A program made the position numbers and the translations under genes. Shown here one piece after another: positions 1 through 9,048 of a DNA stretch of 64,000 nt. The DNA lies in the IMG/VR virus record IMGVR_UViG_3300021408_000002, positions 6,249-70,248 of that record. One strand, written 5' to 3'. Under the pieces are notes generated by a model that was not told where the DNA came from, searched no databases, and saw nothing but the letters and a program-made list of their open reading frames with translations. This stretch comes from a virus. Its lineage: Duplodnaviria; Caudoviricetes. Position 1 is the stretch's first letter. Each line of letters opens with the position of its first letter.

Positions 1-1
1 G

Positions 2-583
2 ATCACGAACGACGAATTCGACATCGACACCATCGCTGCGGCACTCACCAAAGACGGCGACAGGTACGACGTGCTCGACGCCGACGAGGGCTACACCTTC
101 CGGCTCCGCATCGAAGGCGACGATCTGTCTGTCGAGGATCTCGAAGACCCCGAAGTGTTCGGTCGCTGGGCGACCGCATGGGACGGTTATCGGAAGTACG
201 ACCGGCCTACCGGGTTCACCGGTGCCGCCGTCAAGTTCTGGTCCGAATCATGCCAAGGCGTCCAGTACTGGTACGAACCCCCGGAGAGCTTCCGCAAATT
301 CAAGGGCTCTGGGTTCGACACGCTCGACGAGTGGGAAGCGGCGAAGGACAGCAACCTCCAGTACGTCCGCGGGTTGATCTCGTGGGGCTACGTCCAGATC
401 GGTGTCGTCCTCACCCATGAACGAGCCGACGGCTACACACGGGAATGGTCGGCGTGGATCGCCGGCGTCGAGAATTCGCTCGCCAACCCTGTTCGACAGG
501 ACTGGGACAACTACGTCGCTTCGATCGTCAAGGACCAGATCGCCGAAGTCATCGGTGAAGCCATGGAAGGAAAACCGGAATGA
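2..583 (+). CDS. Hypothetical protein, 5' end probably outside the window
   Basis: Frame is open from nt 2 (ITNDEFDIDT...) into the 71..583 ORF; acidic, GC3-rich codons. Confidence 0.6.
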   Translation: MTNDEFDIDTIAAALTKDGDRYDVLDADEGYTFRLRIEGDDLSVEDLEDPEVFGRWATAWDGYRKYDRPTGFTGAAVKFWSESCQGVQYWYEPPESFRKFKGSGFDTLDEWEAAKDSNLQYVRGLISWGYVQIGVVLTHERADGYTREWSAWIAGVENSLANPVRQDWDNYVASIVKDQIAEVIGEAMEGKPE

Positions 584-659
584 GACGTATCACGACCGGC
601 TCTGCCGACTCCCCAACTCCTGTCGGGCAGTCGGCGGCTGCCCGACACGGGGGCTCGAC

Positions 660-848
660 ATGAACGCCGCAGAGATGCGCGCGCTCGCCCACATCACGGC
701 CGACCGCGCTAGCGCCTGGACGAACGACGCCGACCGATTGGAATCGTCGGTCGACAAGCTGGCTTACGCCACCTGCGCGCTGGCCGCAATCCAGATCGCC
801 AACTACTGGCGGGAGTCCGCCAACGACATCGAACGGAGCTACGAATGA
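660..848 (+). CDS. Small hypothetical protein
   Basis: ATG at 660; ATGA overlap with next gene. Confidence 0.55.
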   Translation: MNAAEMRALAHITADRASAWTNDADRLESSVDKLAYATCALAAIQIANYWRESANDIERSYE

Positions 849-1027
849 AGATCAAGGCACGCATCACCGCCCGCGCCCCGAAACCGCAGGAATCGGTGGA
901 GCGGCTGCAAGCCCAGTTCGCCGACTGGCCCGACTATGTCGCGGTCGGCAACATCACGCTCGTCTCGAAATACTCGAACGGGCTGCACTGGGTTGCCGCC
1001 GTCACCATGGAGAAGGAGCTGACATGA
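845..1027 (+). CDS. Small hypothetical protein
   Basis: Overlap-coupled; ends just after the AGGAG RBS of the next gene. Confidence 0.6.
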   Translation: MKIKARITARAPKPQESVERLQAQFADWPDYVAVGNITLVSKYSNGLHWVAAVTMEKELT

Positions 1028-1191
1028 GCTGGTTCCGGGTGTCGTTCTCGCAGACCGAGTACCGCTCGGCGCTCGTCGAGGCTCCTTCATCTGAGGCTGC
1101 TGTCGAGATGGTGCGCGAAGGTGACTACGACGACAGCAGTTTCGACATGGCCGAGGGATTCACCTTGGTCGCCGTAGAGGAGGATGGATGA
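1024..1191 (+). CDS. Small hypothetical protein (55 aa, MSWFRVSF...), not in ORF track
   Basis: AGGAG RBS, ATG 1024, ATGA overlaps at both ends. Confidence 0.6.
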   Translation: MSWFRVSFSQTEYRSALVEAPSSEAAVEMVREGDYDDSSFDMAEGFTLVAVEEDG

Positions 1192-1382
1192 ACGGTCCGA
1201 TCGAAGCGTTCCTGGAGAACGCCCGCGCCTGGCGCGCGCTCTACCTCGCGGCAATCGAACCATACCTCGACGAAGAAGGCGACATCGCGGACTACTCGAA
1301 GTACGACGAGGCGACGACCGATTTCGCCTACGACGCACGAGATCTCGTGCTCGCCCTACTCGACGCATTGGAGGCGCCATGA
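1188..1382 (+). CDS. Small hypothetical protein
   Basis: GAGGAGG RBS, ATGA overlaps. Confidence 0.6.
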   Translation: MNGPIEAFLENARAWRALYLAAIEPYLDEEGDIADYSKYDEATTDFAYDARDLVLALLDALEAP

Positions 1383-1576
1383 CCAAGAAGAAGCCGACCA
1401 CCAAGAAGACCGCGAAGAAGTCGTATGAGACGGACCGCGGTATCCGGGTCTGCCGCGACGAGGACTGTCCGGAGTGCGGGTGGGCTGAGACGTACGCCGA
1501 GATCGACATTTCGCACGGTTCGCCGTGTGTGCTCGCCCTCGGATGCAGCAAGTGTGGCTGGAAGGTGGAGGTGTGA
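1379..1576 (+). CDS. Small Zn-ribbon-like protein
   Basis: GGAGG RBS; CPEC...CSKC. Confidence 0.6.
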   Translation: MTKKKPTTKKTAKKSYETDRGIRVCRDEDCPECGWAETYAEIDISHGSPCVLALGCSKCGWKVEV

Positions 1577-1809
1577 ACATCGTCCTGCACGACGCCGGGG
1601 AGGTCCGCGATCTGATCGGTCTGTACGTCGGCTGGATCGTCGGCATCACCGCCTTCGACTGGGAGCCAATTCAGGTTCGGATCTCCGGCCACTTCGTCGG
1701 CGACGACACGTTTGTCTGGCTCGACGGCTTCGAAGTCACCGACGACGGTGACGAAATCCGCCCGTTCTCGATCTCCACCGAAGACATCCAAACGATCGAG
1801 GTGTACTAG
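1573..1809 (+). CDS. Small hypothetical protein
   Basis: GGAGGT RBS, GTGA overlap. Confidence 0.6.
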   Translation: MNIVLHDAGEVRDLIGLYVGWIVGITAFDWEPIQVRISGHFVGDDTFVWLDGFEVTDDGDEIRPFSISTEDIQTIEVY

Positions 1810-1811
1810 CG

Positions 1812-2018
1812 ATGGCCCGGAACGAAGACGACGCCTTCCAAGACGAGCAAGATGCGATCGGCGACATGCTCGACGACCGCGACGGTGATCACGACGGGTT
1901 CGGCTCCCATTGGGATGACCGGATCTCGGCGATCGAAGGCTACTGCGACTACTGCGAGCGCGAGGGCCACACGTTCCGGTCATGCCCTCGACGAGACGAT
2001 CACCAGGACCAGTCGTGA
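1812..2018 (+). CDS. Acidic protein with a CCHC zinc knuckle
   Basis: CDYCEREGHTFRSC = C-x2-C-x4-H-x4-C. Confidence 0.65.
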   Translation: MARNEDDAFQDEQDAIGDMLDDRDGDHDGFGSHWDDRISAIEGYCDYCEREGHTFRSCPRRDDHQDQS

Positions 2019-2188
2019 GCTTCGTCGTCCGCTGTTCTGATGGTGCGCAACGTCACCGCGATCCGTTTCCGACTCGCCGACTGGCCGACGAGTTCTCATG
2101 GTGGGGTCACTGCTGCACCAGCGAACACGAAATCATCTCCCTGGAGACTCCATGCCCGCACCCCACGATCTTGACCCCGGCGCCATGA
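2015..2188 (+). CDS. Small hypothetical protein
   Basis: GTGA overlap; H/C residues. Confidence 0.45.
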   Translation: MSFVVRCSDGAQRHRDPFPTRRLADEFSWWGHCCTSEHEIISLETPCPHPTILTPAP

Positions 2189-2787
2189 CCGAAGCCGAAC
2201 GACTCGCGAAACGCCGCTACCAAGCGCACCATGCCTTCGAGATGGACTTTCGGCACCATCCGCCTGGATCGATCGTGCAGCGTGTCCGCGACGTCCTGCA
2301 TTATGACCCCGCTACAGGTATCTTCGTCTGGCGCGTGACGCTGTCAAACCGTGCTCCTGCTGGCGCTGTCGCCGGCTCGGAAAGGAAGGACGGGTACCGC
2401 CTGATCGCAATCGACGGCCAGAGATACCTGGCGCATCGCCTGGCCTGGTTGTATGTGCATGGTGTCTGGCCGACCATGGATCTGGATCACGTCGACCGCC
2501 ATCCAGCCAATAATCGCCTCACCAACCTACGGCAGGCGACGCGCAGTGGGAACCAGCAGAACATGCGTCTTTCGCAGCGCAGCAGCGTTGGTCTGGCTGG
2601 CGTCTCGCGGAATGGCCGTCGATGGCAGGCAGCCATTCAGCTTTCCGGTCGCCAACACCACCTCGGCACCTTCGACGCACCCGAGGAAGCCCACGCGGTC
2701 TATCTCGCAGCGAAGCGCGAGCTACACCCATTCCACGCGTTCGAGATGATGCCGGACCCGCCCGACCAAGACAAGGAAACCGAATGA
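2152..2787 (+). CDS. HNH endonuclease with AP2-like C-terminal domain
   Basis: YDPATGIFVW; LAHRLAWLY; DLDHVDRHPANNRLTNLR; HLGTFDAPEEAHAVY; GGAG RBS. Confidence 0.9.
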   Translation: MPAPHDLDPGAMTEAERLAKRRYQAHHAFEMDFRHHPPGSIVQRVRDVLHYDPATGIFVWRVTLSNRAPAGAVAGSERKDGYRLIAIDGQRYLAHRLAWLYVHGVWPTMDLDHVDRHPANNRLTNLRQATRSGNQQNMRLSQRSSVGLAGVSRNGRRWQAAIQLSGRQHHLGTFDAPEEAHAVYLAAKRELHPFHAFEMMPDPPDQDKETE

Positions 2788-3083
2788 GTCGCGCTGATCA
2801 TCCCTCCCTCGCCCAGAACGCCATGACCAGCTACACAATCAGGTTCGAAGGCGACGACATGGTGGCCTTCCTCCAGGCGGGCGCGAACTTCATCGAGTTG
2901 TACCGCGTGCCTCATGCCTGTGCAGACGGAGACTCGGAGATGTGCCTCGAGCAGCTCGAGCGTTGTCGCTTGGTTGCCGAGGACGACGCCGGTGGTTCGC
3001 TGCCGTGGATCGTGTCGCAGGACCCGGAGAATGATCCACGACTTTCCTGGACGGGACCCATTGTCGCATCTCGCCTGACATGA
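2784..3083 (+). CDS. Hypothetical protein
   Basis: AAGGA RBS, ATGA overlap. Confidence 0.55.
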   Translation: MSRADHPSLAQNAMTSYTIRFEGDDMVAFLQAGANFIELYRVPHACADGDSEMCLEQLERCRLVAEDDAGGSLPWIVSQDPENDPRLSWTGPIVASRLT

Positions 3084-3098
3084 TAGGATCATGAGATG
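3084..3098 (+). promoter_or_regulatory. Extended -10 box (TGA-TAGGAT) 6 nt before an ATG; likely leaderless promoter
   Basis: TAGGAT-catgag-ATG. Confidence 0.55.
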
Positions 3099-3248
3099 TC
3101 TTTGAACCTGCTGGCGTCAGGCGACGAATATGAGTTCGCAATCAGCGAGACCCAATGGGATGTCGAACGAGCCGTAGACCGACTCGCCGCGGCATACCCA
3201 ACCTATTTCCCCGAGAGGAACCCCCCATGTCCAAATCCATCCGAGTGA
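3096..3248 (+). CDS. Small leaderless ORF (50 aa, MSLNLLASG...)
   Basis: Start is 6 nt after a TANNNT box; overlaps next gene start. Confidence 0.45.
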   Translation: MSLNLLASGDEYEFAISETQWDVERAVDRLAAAYPTYFPERNPPCPNPSE

Positions 3249-4174
3249 TCGCCGCGGTCGCGTTAGCTGCCGGCGCGCTCACCATCGGCGTCGTCCAAGG
3301 CAACCCGGTCAGCGCTCACGCCAATTCGGTCGCGTGTGTCGACCAGGCCACCTCCACGTGGCGGATCACGAATGACTTCCCGCTCAGCGAGACGTTCACG
3401 ACGGCTCAAGGTCCATCAGGCGCGGTCGCTGCCGGCAACGGTAGCTTCACCGACATCGTCCACAACGGCGACACCCTTACCGTCACTGGTACGTGGACCG
3501 ACGGTCACGTCGAGGTCAACACCGGGACAGGCGACTGCTCGCCAGATGTGGTCGAAACGACTGACCCGCCCGTCGAGACAACCGAGCCTCCGGTGGAGAC
3601 CACCGAACCTCCCGTTGAGACGACTGACCCGCCCGTCGAAACCACGGAACCTCCGGTGGAGACAACCGAGCCGCCCGTCGAGTCCACAGAACCCCCAGTG
3701 GAGACGACCATTCCGATCGACGCCAGTTTCGACATCGACGTCGAAGGCACCTGTTCGAACACGTTGACCGTCACCATCGGCGGCGGACCTGCTGACCTGT
3801 ACGCCTACGTCGTCGTCAACGGCACCCCGATCGAAGGCCCGCTCGGCACCTACGCCGAAGGCATCCACCAGACCAACGGATCCCTCGATCAGGACGTGAC
3901 GATCGTCTTGACGATCACCGCGACGTTCGAAGACGGCACCGTGCTTTCTGACACCGTCACCGTCGTCGCCAACTGTGCGCCGCCGGAAACCACCGATCCG
4001 CCGGTTACTACGGAGGTGCCGCCATCAACGACCAGCCCAAGTACATCAACCTCGACGACTACGGTCTCGGTGTCCCCCTCAACGCCGGTGACACCATCGC
4101 CGACTACCGAGGTCACGAGTACATCCTCGTTGCCGCCAGTCGTCCTGGCCCAGACATTGCCGGCGACACGCTGA
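3227..4174 (+). CDS. Secreted/surface protein with Pro/Thr-rich repeats, ending in LPAT(R)
   Basis: Signal peptide MSKSIRVIAAVALAAGALTIG...AHA; 7x ETTEPPV; S/T-rich stalk; C-terminal TLPATR. Confidence 0.8.
   Translation: MSKSIRVIAAVALAAGALTIGVVQGNPVSAHANSVACVDQATSTWRITNDFPLSETFTTAQGPSGAVAAGNGSFTDIVHNGDTLTVTGTWTDGHVEVNTGTGDCSPDVVETTDPPVETTEPPVETTEPPVETTDPPVETTEPPVETTEPPVESTEPPVETTIPIDASFDIDVEGTCSNTLTVTIGGGPADLYAYVVVNGTPIEGPLGTYAEGIHQTNGSLDQDVTIVLTITATFEDGTVLSDTVTVVANCAPPETTDPPVTTEVPPSTTSPSTSTSTTTVSVSPSTPVTPSPTTEVTSTSSLPPVVLAQTLPATR
3551..3697 (+). repeat. 7 x 21-bp tandem repeat (V-E-T/S-T-E/D-P-P)
   Basis: Synonymously diverged copies read directly from the sequence. Confidence 0.9.
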
Positions 4175-4181
4175 GGTCGCC

Positions 4182-4277
4182 ATGACCTTGCTCATCATCG
4201 GAGTCGGCTGGCTCCTCGGAATCGTCCTGCTCGTCGCATTCTTCGCGGGGGCAGGACAGAACCGAGGTCGCCGATGA
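4182..4277 (+). CDS. 31-aa TM peptide with basic tail; likely the detached end of a sortase sorting signal
   Basis: MTLLIIGVGWLLGIVLLVAFFAGAGQNRGRR, starting 8 nt after the LPATR stop. Confidence 0.55.
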   Translation: MTLLIIGVGWLLGIVLLVAFFAGAGQNRGRR

Positions 4278-4495
4278 ACGAAACCCCCACTCGGCGTCGA
4301 TCAGGACCACGTCCTCGTTTCGACGCCGAGACACGGGCTGCCCGCAAAGCCGAACGCAACAAGCGGCATCCCCTCATCAATTCGAGCGCGCTCGCATGGC
4401 TCGCCGACAACCACCCCAAGATCCACGCCCAAGCCAAAGCATTCGCCGAAGCGCAAGTGCTCGCCGAACGCGGCCAGTTGCCTGGCGACCAATGA
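4274..4495 (+). CDS. Small basic hypothetical protein
   Basis: ATGA overlaps. Confidence 0.55.
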   Translation: MNETPTRRRSGPRPRFDAETRAARKAERNKRHPLINSSALAWLADNHPKIHAQAKAFAEAQVLAERGQLPGDQ

Positions 4496-4824
4496 CCGAT
4501 TCACAAGGAGACAGAATGTCCAGCGTCCCATCCAACCGACTCACCCCGCCGATCGTCGAGCCCCCGATCGCCGACAACCTCGACGACGAGTACGTGCCAT
4601 ACGAGCCGAAGGCTGCGGATGCCATTCCGCAGCCCGATGACCTCGACGCCGTCCTGAAGAACATGAAGGCCAAGCGCTCCGACCTGCTCGCCGCCAACGC
4701 GCAGATGGAGACCCAGCGGGTCACCTTGTTCGACGAGATCAAGGCGGCACGCGAGGAGATCAAGCGGCTCGATCGGTTCATTGCCGCCGAGACCCCGCGC
4801 GGTTCGAAGCCGAAGACGAAGTGA
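4492..4824 (+). CDS. Coiled-coil hypothetical protein
   Basis: Heptad-like C-terminal half. Confidence 0.6.
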   Translation: MTDSQGDRMSSVPSNRLTPPIVEPPIADNLDDEYVPYEPKAADAIPQPDDLDAVLKNMKAKRSDLLAANAQMETQRVTLFDEIKAAREEIKRLDRFIAAETPRGSKPKTK

Positions 4825-4828
4825 CCTG

Positions 4829-5371
4829 ATGACCGTTTCCGAGGCGGAGGTGCTCGCGCTCACCCCAGCCGGGCTCCTCCGCCGAGGTGACGGGCGGCGG
4901 CGTCGGGCGCGCAATGGTGAGCCTCAAGCCTTTCTTGAAGCCGCCTTTCTTGCCGAGACCGACGAGTGCATTCTCTGGCCGTATGGCTGTAGCGGGACTG
5001 GTTATGGGCAGATCAGCTTCTACCCCGGCCCTCCTCGCCTTGTTCACGCCGTCATCCTGGAGAGAGCGACTCCCCGGCCAGGGCTGGACTACGAAGCGGC
5101 CCACGGCCCCTGTGTTGACCGTCGCCGGTGTATCAACCGACGGCACCTTCGCTGGGCCACATGCGCCGAGAACAACGCCGACAAGATCCGTGATGGCACC
5201 ACCAATCGCGGAGCCGCCCACCTCACCCAACTCACGCTGGAAGATGTTCGAGAGATACGTCGTCTCGGTCTCGAAGGAGTGCAGTTCCGTCAGATAACGA
5301 CTCGATTCCCGCTCCATGAGCGGTCCGTTGCGGACATCATCCAGGGACGGACGTGGGCATGGCTGCCATGA
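4829..5371 (+). CDS. HNH (His-Me finger) endonuclease with C-terminal HTH
   Basis: DECILWP...GYG...EAAHGPC...CINRRHLRWATCAENNADK; LTLEDVREIR; paralog of 44348..44923. Confidence 0.85.
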   Translation: MTVSEAEVLALTPAGLLRRGDGRRRRARNGEPQAFLEAAFLAETDECILWPYGCSGTGYGQISFYPGPPRLVHAVILERATPRPGLDYEAAHGPCVDRRRCINRRHLRWATCAENNADKIRDGTTNRGAAHLTQLTLEDVREIRRLGLEGVQFRQITTRFPLHERSVADIIQGRTWAWLP

Positions 5372-5649
5372 CGACCGAAGTCGAGCGTCGCTTCCTGGTG
5401 CGCACTCCGGCGGGCGACCTGTTCCAGAACGACGGGATCTACTTCGTCAGACCCGCCTATCCCCAGCGCGGCTGGGTGACTGCGACAGCATTGTCACCGA
5501 ACGAGCTGTGGGTGTATGCACGGGACCGCAAAGGCATGGCTCGGGTCATAGAGATCACCTCGATCACGAAGATCGGGGATGCACCGAAACCGCTCCCCCA
5601 ACGGGAGATCAAGCCACCGAAGCGGTCCCGGAAAGGACGGCGGCGATGA
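5368..5649 (+). CDS. Hypothetical protein
   Basis: ATGA overlaps. Confidence 0.55.
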   Translation: MTTEVERRFLVRTPAGDLFQNDGIYFVRPAYPQRGWVTATALSPNELWVYARDRKGMARVIEITSITKIGDAPKPLPQREIKPPKRSRKGRRR

Positions 5650-5975
5650 AGAAGTACTCCACCTCTGAGGTGTTGGACCTCGTCGGTCTGAGCGAACGTG
5701 CCCTCCGTTATTGGATTGAGACGGACGCTATCCGTCCTCACGTTCCGCCGGCCGGCACCGGCTCACGAGTCGTTTGGACCGAGGAACAGGTGCGTCACAT
5801 CGAGGTGTTGAAACGGGTCCGCGAGCACGTGATCACGCATCTCTGTACCGAGAACGCATTCAGCCACGAAACCGCCGGCCAGATCTGGCGCGCCCTCGAA
5901 GAGGGGCGGCCATGGTCGTTCTCGATCCATCTGACCCCCGGCGGTCAGCTCGCTCTCTTGTCGAGCGAGCGATGA
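5646..5975 (+). CDS. MerR-like HTH DNA-binding protein
   Basis: YSTSEVLDLVGLSERALRYWIETDAIRP...GSRVVWTEEQV. Confidence 0.8.
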   Translation: MKKYSTSEVLDLVGLSERALRYWIETDAIRPHVPPAGTGSRVVWTEEQVRHIEVLKRVREHVITHLCTENAFSHETAGQIWRALEEGRPWSFSIHLTPGGQLALLSSER

Positions 5976-6289
5976 AACCTTCTCGCCTGATCTCGCAGAA
6001 GGAGTATCGCGAGCGGGTCCACGTCCGCATCGAAGCCGGTGAGGTCCCGCTCACCGACGAGCACCGTCGGGCTGCTGTTGTGATCGGCTCGACGAAATGG
6101 GCGAGCGTCCGCGATGTCGCCAAAGAGCTGAACATCTCGATCTCGAAGGCGTGGCTCCTCATCTTGAGCTTGAAGGCCCACGGCATCGTCCGTACCGTTC
6201 CTCGTGACGTGAACGCTCTGGTCCTCGCTCCCGACATCTCGATCATCGCCGGCGATATCTGCCGTGCCATCCCTTTGGAGAATTCATGA
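5972..6289 (+). CDS. Winged-helix HTH protein
   Basis: SVRDVAKELNISISKAWLLILSLKAHGIV. Confidence 0.65.
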   Translation: MKPSRLISQKEYRERVHVRIEAGEVPLTDEHRRAAVVIGSTKWASVRDVAKELNISISKAWLLILSLKAHGIVRTVPRDVNALVLAPDISIIAGDICRAIPLENS

Positions 6290-6906
6290 CCTACGACCGA
6301 TCACAGATTGCGGCATGCGATACCGAGACGCTCGGACTTGACCCGGATTACCATCCGGTTTGGGAAGTCGCGGTCATTGTCGACGGCGTCGAGCACCAAT
6401 GGTTCCAGAAGGTCGGGGCCCGCGCCATCGCGCAAGCCGACCCGTACGCCGTCGAACTCGGCGGGTTCAACGAACGCTACGACCCCGACATTGCCCTCTG
6501 GCCACATGATTCGGTGCGCCGCTTCAACGAACTCGTCACCGGACGGCATCTCGTCGGTGCCTGCACCTGGTTCGACTCGGAACGAATGCACCGCACCCAC
6601 CGCATGTCGCTCCCGGCCTACAACGGTGAAACGGTCGCCGAACAGATGGAGCTGCGCCGCACGCCGTGGCATTATCACCTGATCGACGTCGAAGCGCTCG
6701 CCATCGGTTACCTGTGCGGATTGCAGCAGGGATCGGACGACGACTACGACACCCGTCATCAGTTCGGGACTCTGCCGTGGAAGTCGACGGATCTGTCGCT
6801 GGCTCTTGGCGTCGATCCTGAGCAATTCCTACCGAAACACACCGCGCTCGCCGACGCCCGCTGGGCGCTCGCTCTCTTTGAAGCCATCATGGGAGGTCCG
6901 GCATGA
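6286..6906 (+). CDS. DEDDh (DnaQ-like) 3'-5' exonuclease
   Basis: ExoI DTETLG; ExoII WFDSERM; ExoIII HTALADA. Confidence 0.85.
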   Translation: MTYDRSQIAACDTETLGLDPDYHPVWEVAVIVDGVEHQWFQKVGARAIAQADPYAVELGGFNERYDPDIALWPHDSVRRFNELVTGRHLVGACTWFDSERMHRTHRMSLPAYNGETVAEQMELRRTPWHYHLIDVEALAIGYLCGLQQGSDDDYDTRHQFGTLPWKSTDLSLALGVDPEQFLPKHTALADARWALALFEAIMGGPA

Positions 6907-7433
6907 CCGCCCGATCCGTACGCCGTGACGCCGAGTTGGAAGTCATCGAAGCCGGACGTGCGCTCATGACGAGCGTGCGAGCCGCTTTCGACTACACACC
7001 GGACGACGATCGGTATGAGGGGCCAGCGATCGACACGACCGCTCTCTCTGACGCGCTGAAGGCGCTCGACGCCCTTCCGCTGCCTGATGCCTCGGCTGCC
7101 AGGTCGTCGAAGGGCGCTCCGTTGACGTCACAGAACGCTGCCGCCTACGTCCGTGGTCCTCGTGCCGCATCGCTGTCCGGTCGCATCGTGCGCCGACTGT
7201 GGGCCCACGACATCGGCATGACGGTTGAGGAACTCTGCGAGTCCCTCGACCGCAAGCATCAGTCGGTGAGCGCTCGAGTCCACGACCTCAAAGAGATGGG
7301 CTGGATCACCGGCAGCGACGACTACACCCGCACTACCCGCTCCGGTTCCGAAGCGGTGATGTGGAGGATCTCACGCCGAGCCCGATTCGAACTGGAAGAC
7401 GCCGCCGCCGAGCACCGAGAGAGGGTCATCTGA
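6903..7433 (+). CDS. Winged-helix DNA-binding protein
   Basis: GMTVEELCESLDRKHQSVSARVHDLKEMGWI...TRTTRSG. Confidence 0.7.
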   Translation: MTARSVRRDAELEVIEAGRALMTSVRAAFDYTPDDDRYEGPAIDTTALSDALKALDALPLPDASAARSSKGAPLTSQNAAAYVRGPRAASLSGRIVRRLWAHDIGMTVEELCESLDRKHQSVSARVHDLKEMGWITGSDDYTRTTRSGSEAVMWRISRRARFELEDAAAEHRERVI

Positions 7434-7837
7434 TGCCCGGATTCTGTGAGCCAGACGCCCCCCACCATACGCTTAACCCGCGGTTCATCGCTGCGGTGAA
7501 GCTGCTCGAACGCACCGGCATGAGCAGCTTCCGCATCGGTCACTCCGACGAAGGAGAGGACGGCGTTCCGGTGATCTGGCACGCCACAGCCGAGTACCGC
7601 CGGAAGCACGGGATCGCGTTCTCCCGTCACTACTTCGTGGACGCCGCCATCGAACCTGTCGAGGCCACCTTGAAGCTGTGCGCCAGCGTCGTCGACGGAG
7701 GTCTATGCACTCATTGCGGAGCGCTGACGGTCTTCGTCCCGGACACCAACACGAACATCGTCGATCTACTCGGATGCGTGTACGCATGGGACCCGGAGTT
7801 GGCGACCTACAGGAGAGGATGTGAAGGAGATGGCTGA
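7433..7837 (+). CDS. Hypothetical protein with CxxC
   Basis: TGATG overlap; CTHC. Confidence 0.6.
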   Translation: MPGFCEPDAPHHTLNPRFIAAVKLLERTGMSSFRIGHSDEGEDGVPVIWHATAEYRRKHGIAFSRHYFVDAAIEPVEATLKLCASVVDGGLCTHCGALTVFVPDTNTNIVDLLGCVYAWDPELATYRRGCEGDG

Positions 7838-8603
7838 CCGAATCGCTCCCACGAACGCCGAGGTTGTCGACGTGCTGCGGCTGGCGATCGTTGCGGCCGG
7901 CGAAATGTCTGACTTGCCGTCGTGGCGTGGCCGTCTGGCCGCGTTGATCCCTGAGGTCGTCGCCACCATCTCTGAGGGTTCCCGCGAGTACCGCCAGGTC
8001 CACGACATGATGACCGCCGTCGTCCTCTCAGCCGAATTCCTCAGCTACGAACTCCAGGACCGCTCGCATCGCTGCAAGGTGATGATCCAAGCCGACTATT
8101 CGAAGAAAGGCGAGCCCGAGCATGTCTGGTCGGAACGCACCGACACGAAGCTCGGCGCCGCTCAGCTCGCCATCCTGCAAACCTTGAAGAAGGGCAACAA
8201 GGTGCTCGTGTGGAAATCCACCGAGCAAATTGACGACGAACGGAAAGTTCGAATGCTCAATCACATCGCGCGACTTGATGCTACGCCGGTCCCGGATTCT
8301 TCCCCGGCGCCACAAACACCATCTCGCCAACAGGAGTCTCTCGTGCCCCCGCGGGATACCGCCACTCCTGTGGCTGAGAGCCCCACCGGTGCCGAAGACA
8401 CACCGGTGGGGCCAACATCGAACATTCCGCCACCCGATCTGCACGAAGCCCTCGAGCGGCTGTCGGGCGGCCAGCGCGTGAAGGTTCTCAAGTGGGCCGC
8501 TCAGGAGGCCGGCGTCCCGAATGTGTATGCCGCCGATCTGACGCCGGAGCAGGTCGATTCGTTACTGGTTCGATGCGAACTGGAGAGGGCTGGGATGACA
8601 TGA
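7821..8603 (+). CDS. Hypothetical protein with Pro-rich linker
   Basis: AGGAGG RBS; globular N-domain, linker, short C-domain. Confidence 0.65.
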   Translation: MKEMADRIAPTNAEVVDVLRLAIVAAGEMSDLPSWRGRLAALIPEVVATISEGSREYRQVHDMMTAVVLSAEFLSYELQDRSHRCKVMIQADYSKKGEPEHVWSERTDTKLGAAQLAILQTLKKGNKVLVWKSTEQIDDERKVRMLNHIARLDATPVPDSSPAPQTPSRQQESLVPPRDTATPVAESPTGAEDTPVGPTSNIPPPDLHEALERLSGGQRVKVLKWAAQEAGVPNVYAADLTPEQVDSLLVRCELERAGMT

Positions 8604-8788
8604 GGCAACCCGACACACGCCGGAAGGCACGGCTCACCGTGTACGAGCCTGACACGGTTGTCGTGGCAGCCAACAAGACCACCGGGGAGATATTCGAAGG
8701 CCCGTTCCATCGGGTGGTCAACCACATCACCATCGGGTTGACGTGCGGCAACACCTGGAAGATCAAGACACAAGAGGGACCATCATGA
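8600..8788 (+). CDS. Small hypothetical protein
   Basis: ATGA overlaps. Confidence 0.5.
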   Translation: MRQPDTRRKARLTVYEPDTVVVAANKTTGEIFEGPFHRVVNHITIGLTCGNTWKIKTQEGPS

Positions 8789-9048
8789 ACCGGGTCATCG
8801 ACGCCACTTTCGCTGTCGTCATCGTCGGCAGTCTGACTGCCGCCGGGGTGACGGCTGGCGCAGCGCTTGCTGGCGAAGACAACGAGATCGACACCGAGGT
8901 CTACAGCTTCGATGCTGGGAGCCACGTCGCCCGCGTCTGGGCGTTCTGTTTCGGCGGGAACGGCATCTACATGGTTGGGGACACCGACCAGTTCCAAGTC
9001 CTCCAGGAGGATGCGGAATGCAATGAAGGAGGGGTGCTCGATGGTTGA
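8785..9048 (+). CDS. Small secreted/membrane protein
   Basis: Hydrophobic N-terminus FAVVIVGSLTAAGVTAGAALA. Confidence 0.6.
   Translation: MNRVIDATFAVVIVGSLTAAGVTAGAALAGEDNEIDTEVYSFDAGSHVARVWAFCFGGNGIYMVGDTDQFQVLQEDAECNEGGVLDG

Noticed and set aside
3551-3697. Tandem 21-bp repeats as a possible CRISPR array
   Set aside because: No unique spacers; in-frame, synonymously diverged coding repeats; no cas genes.
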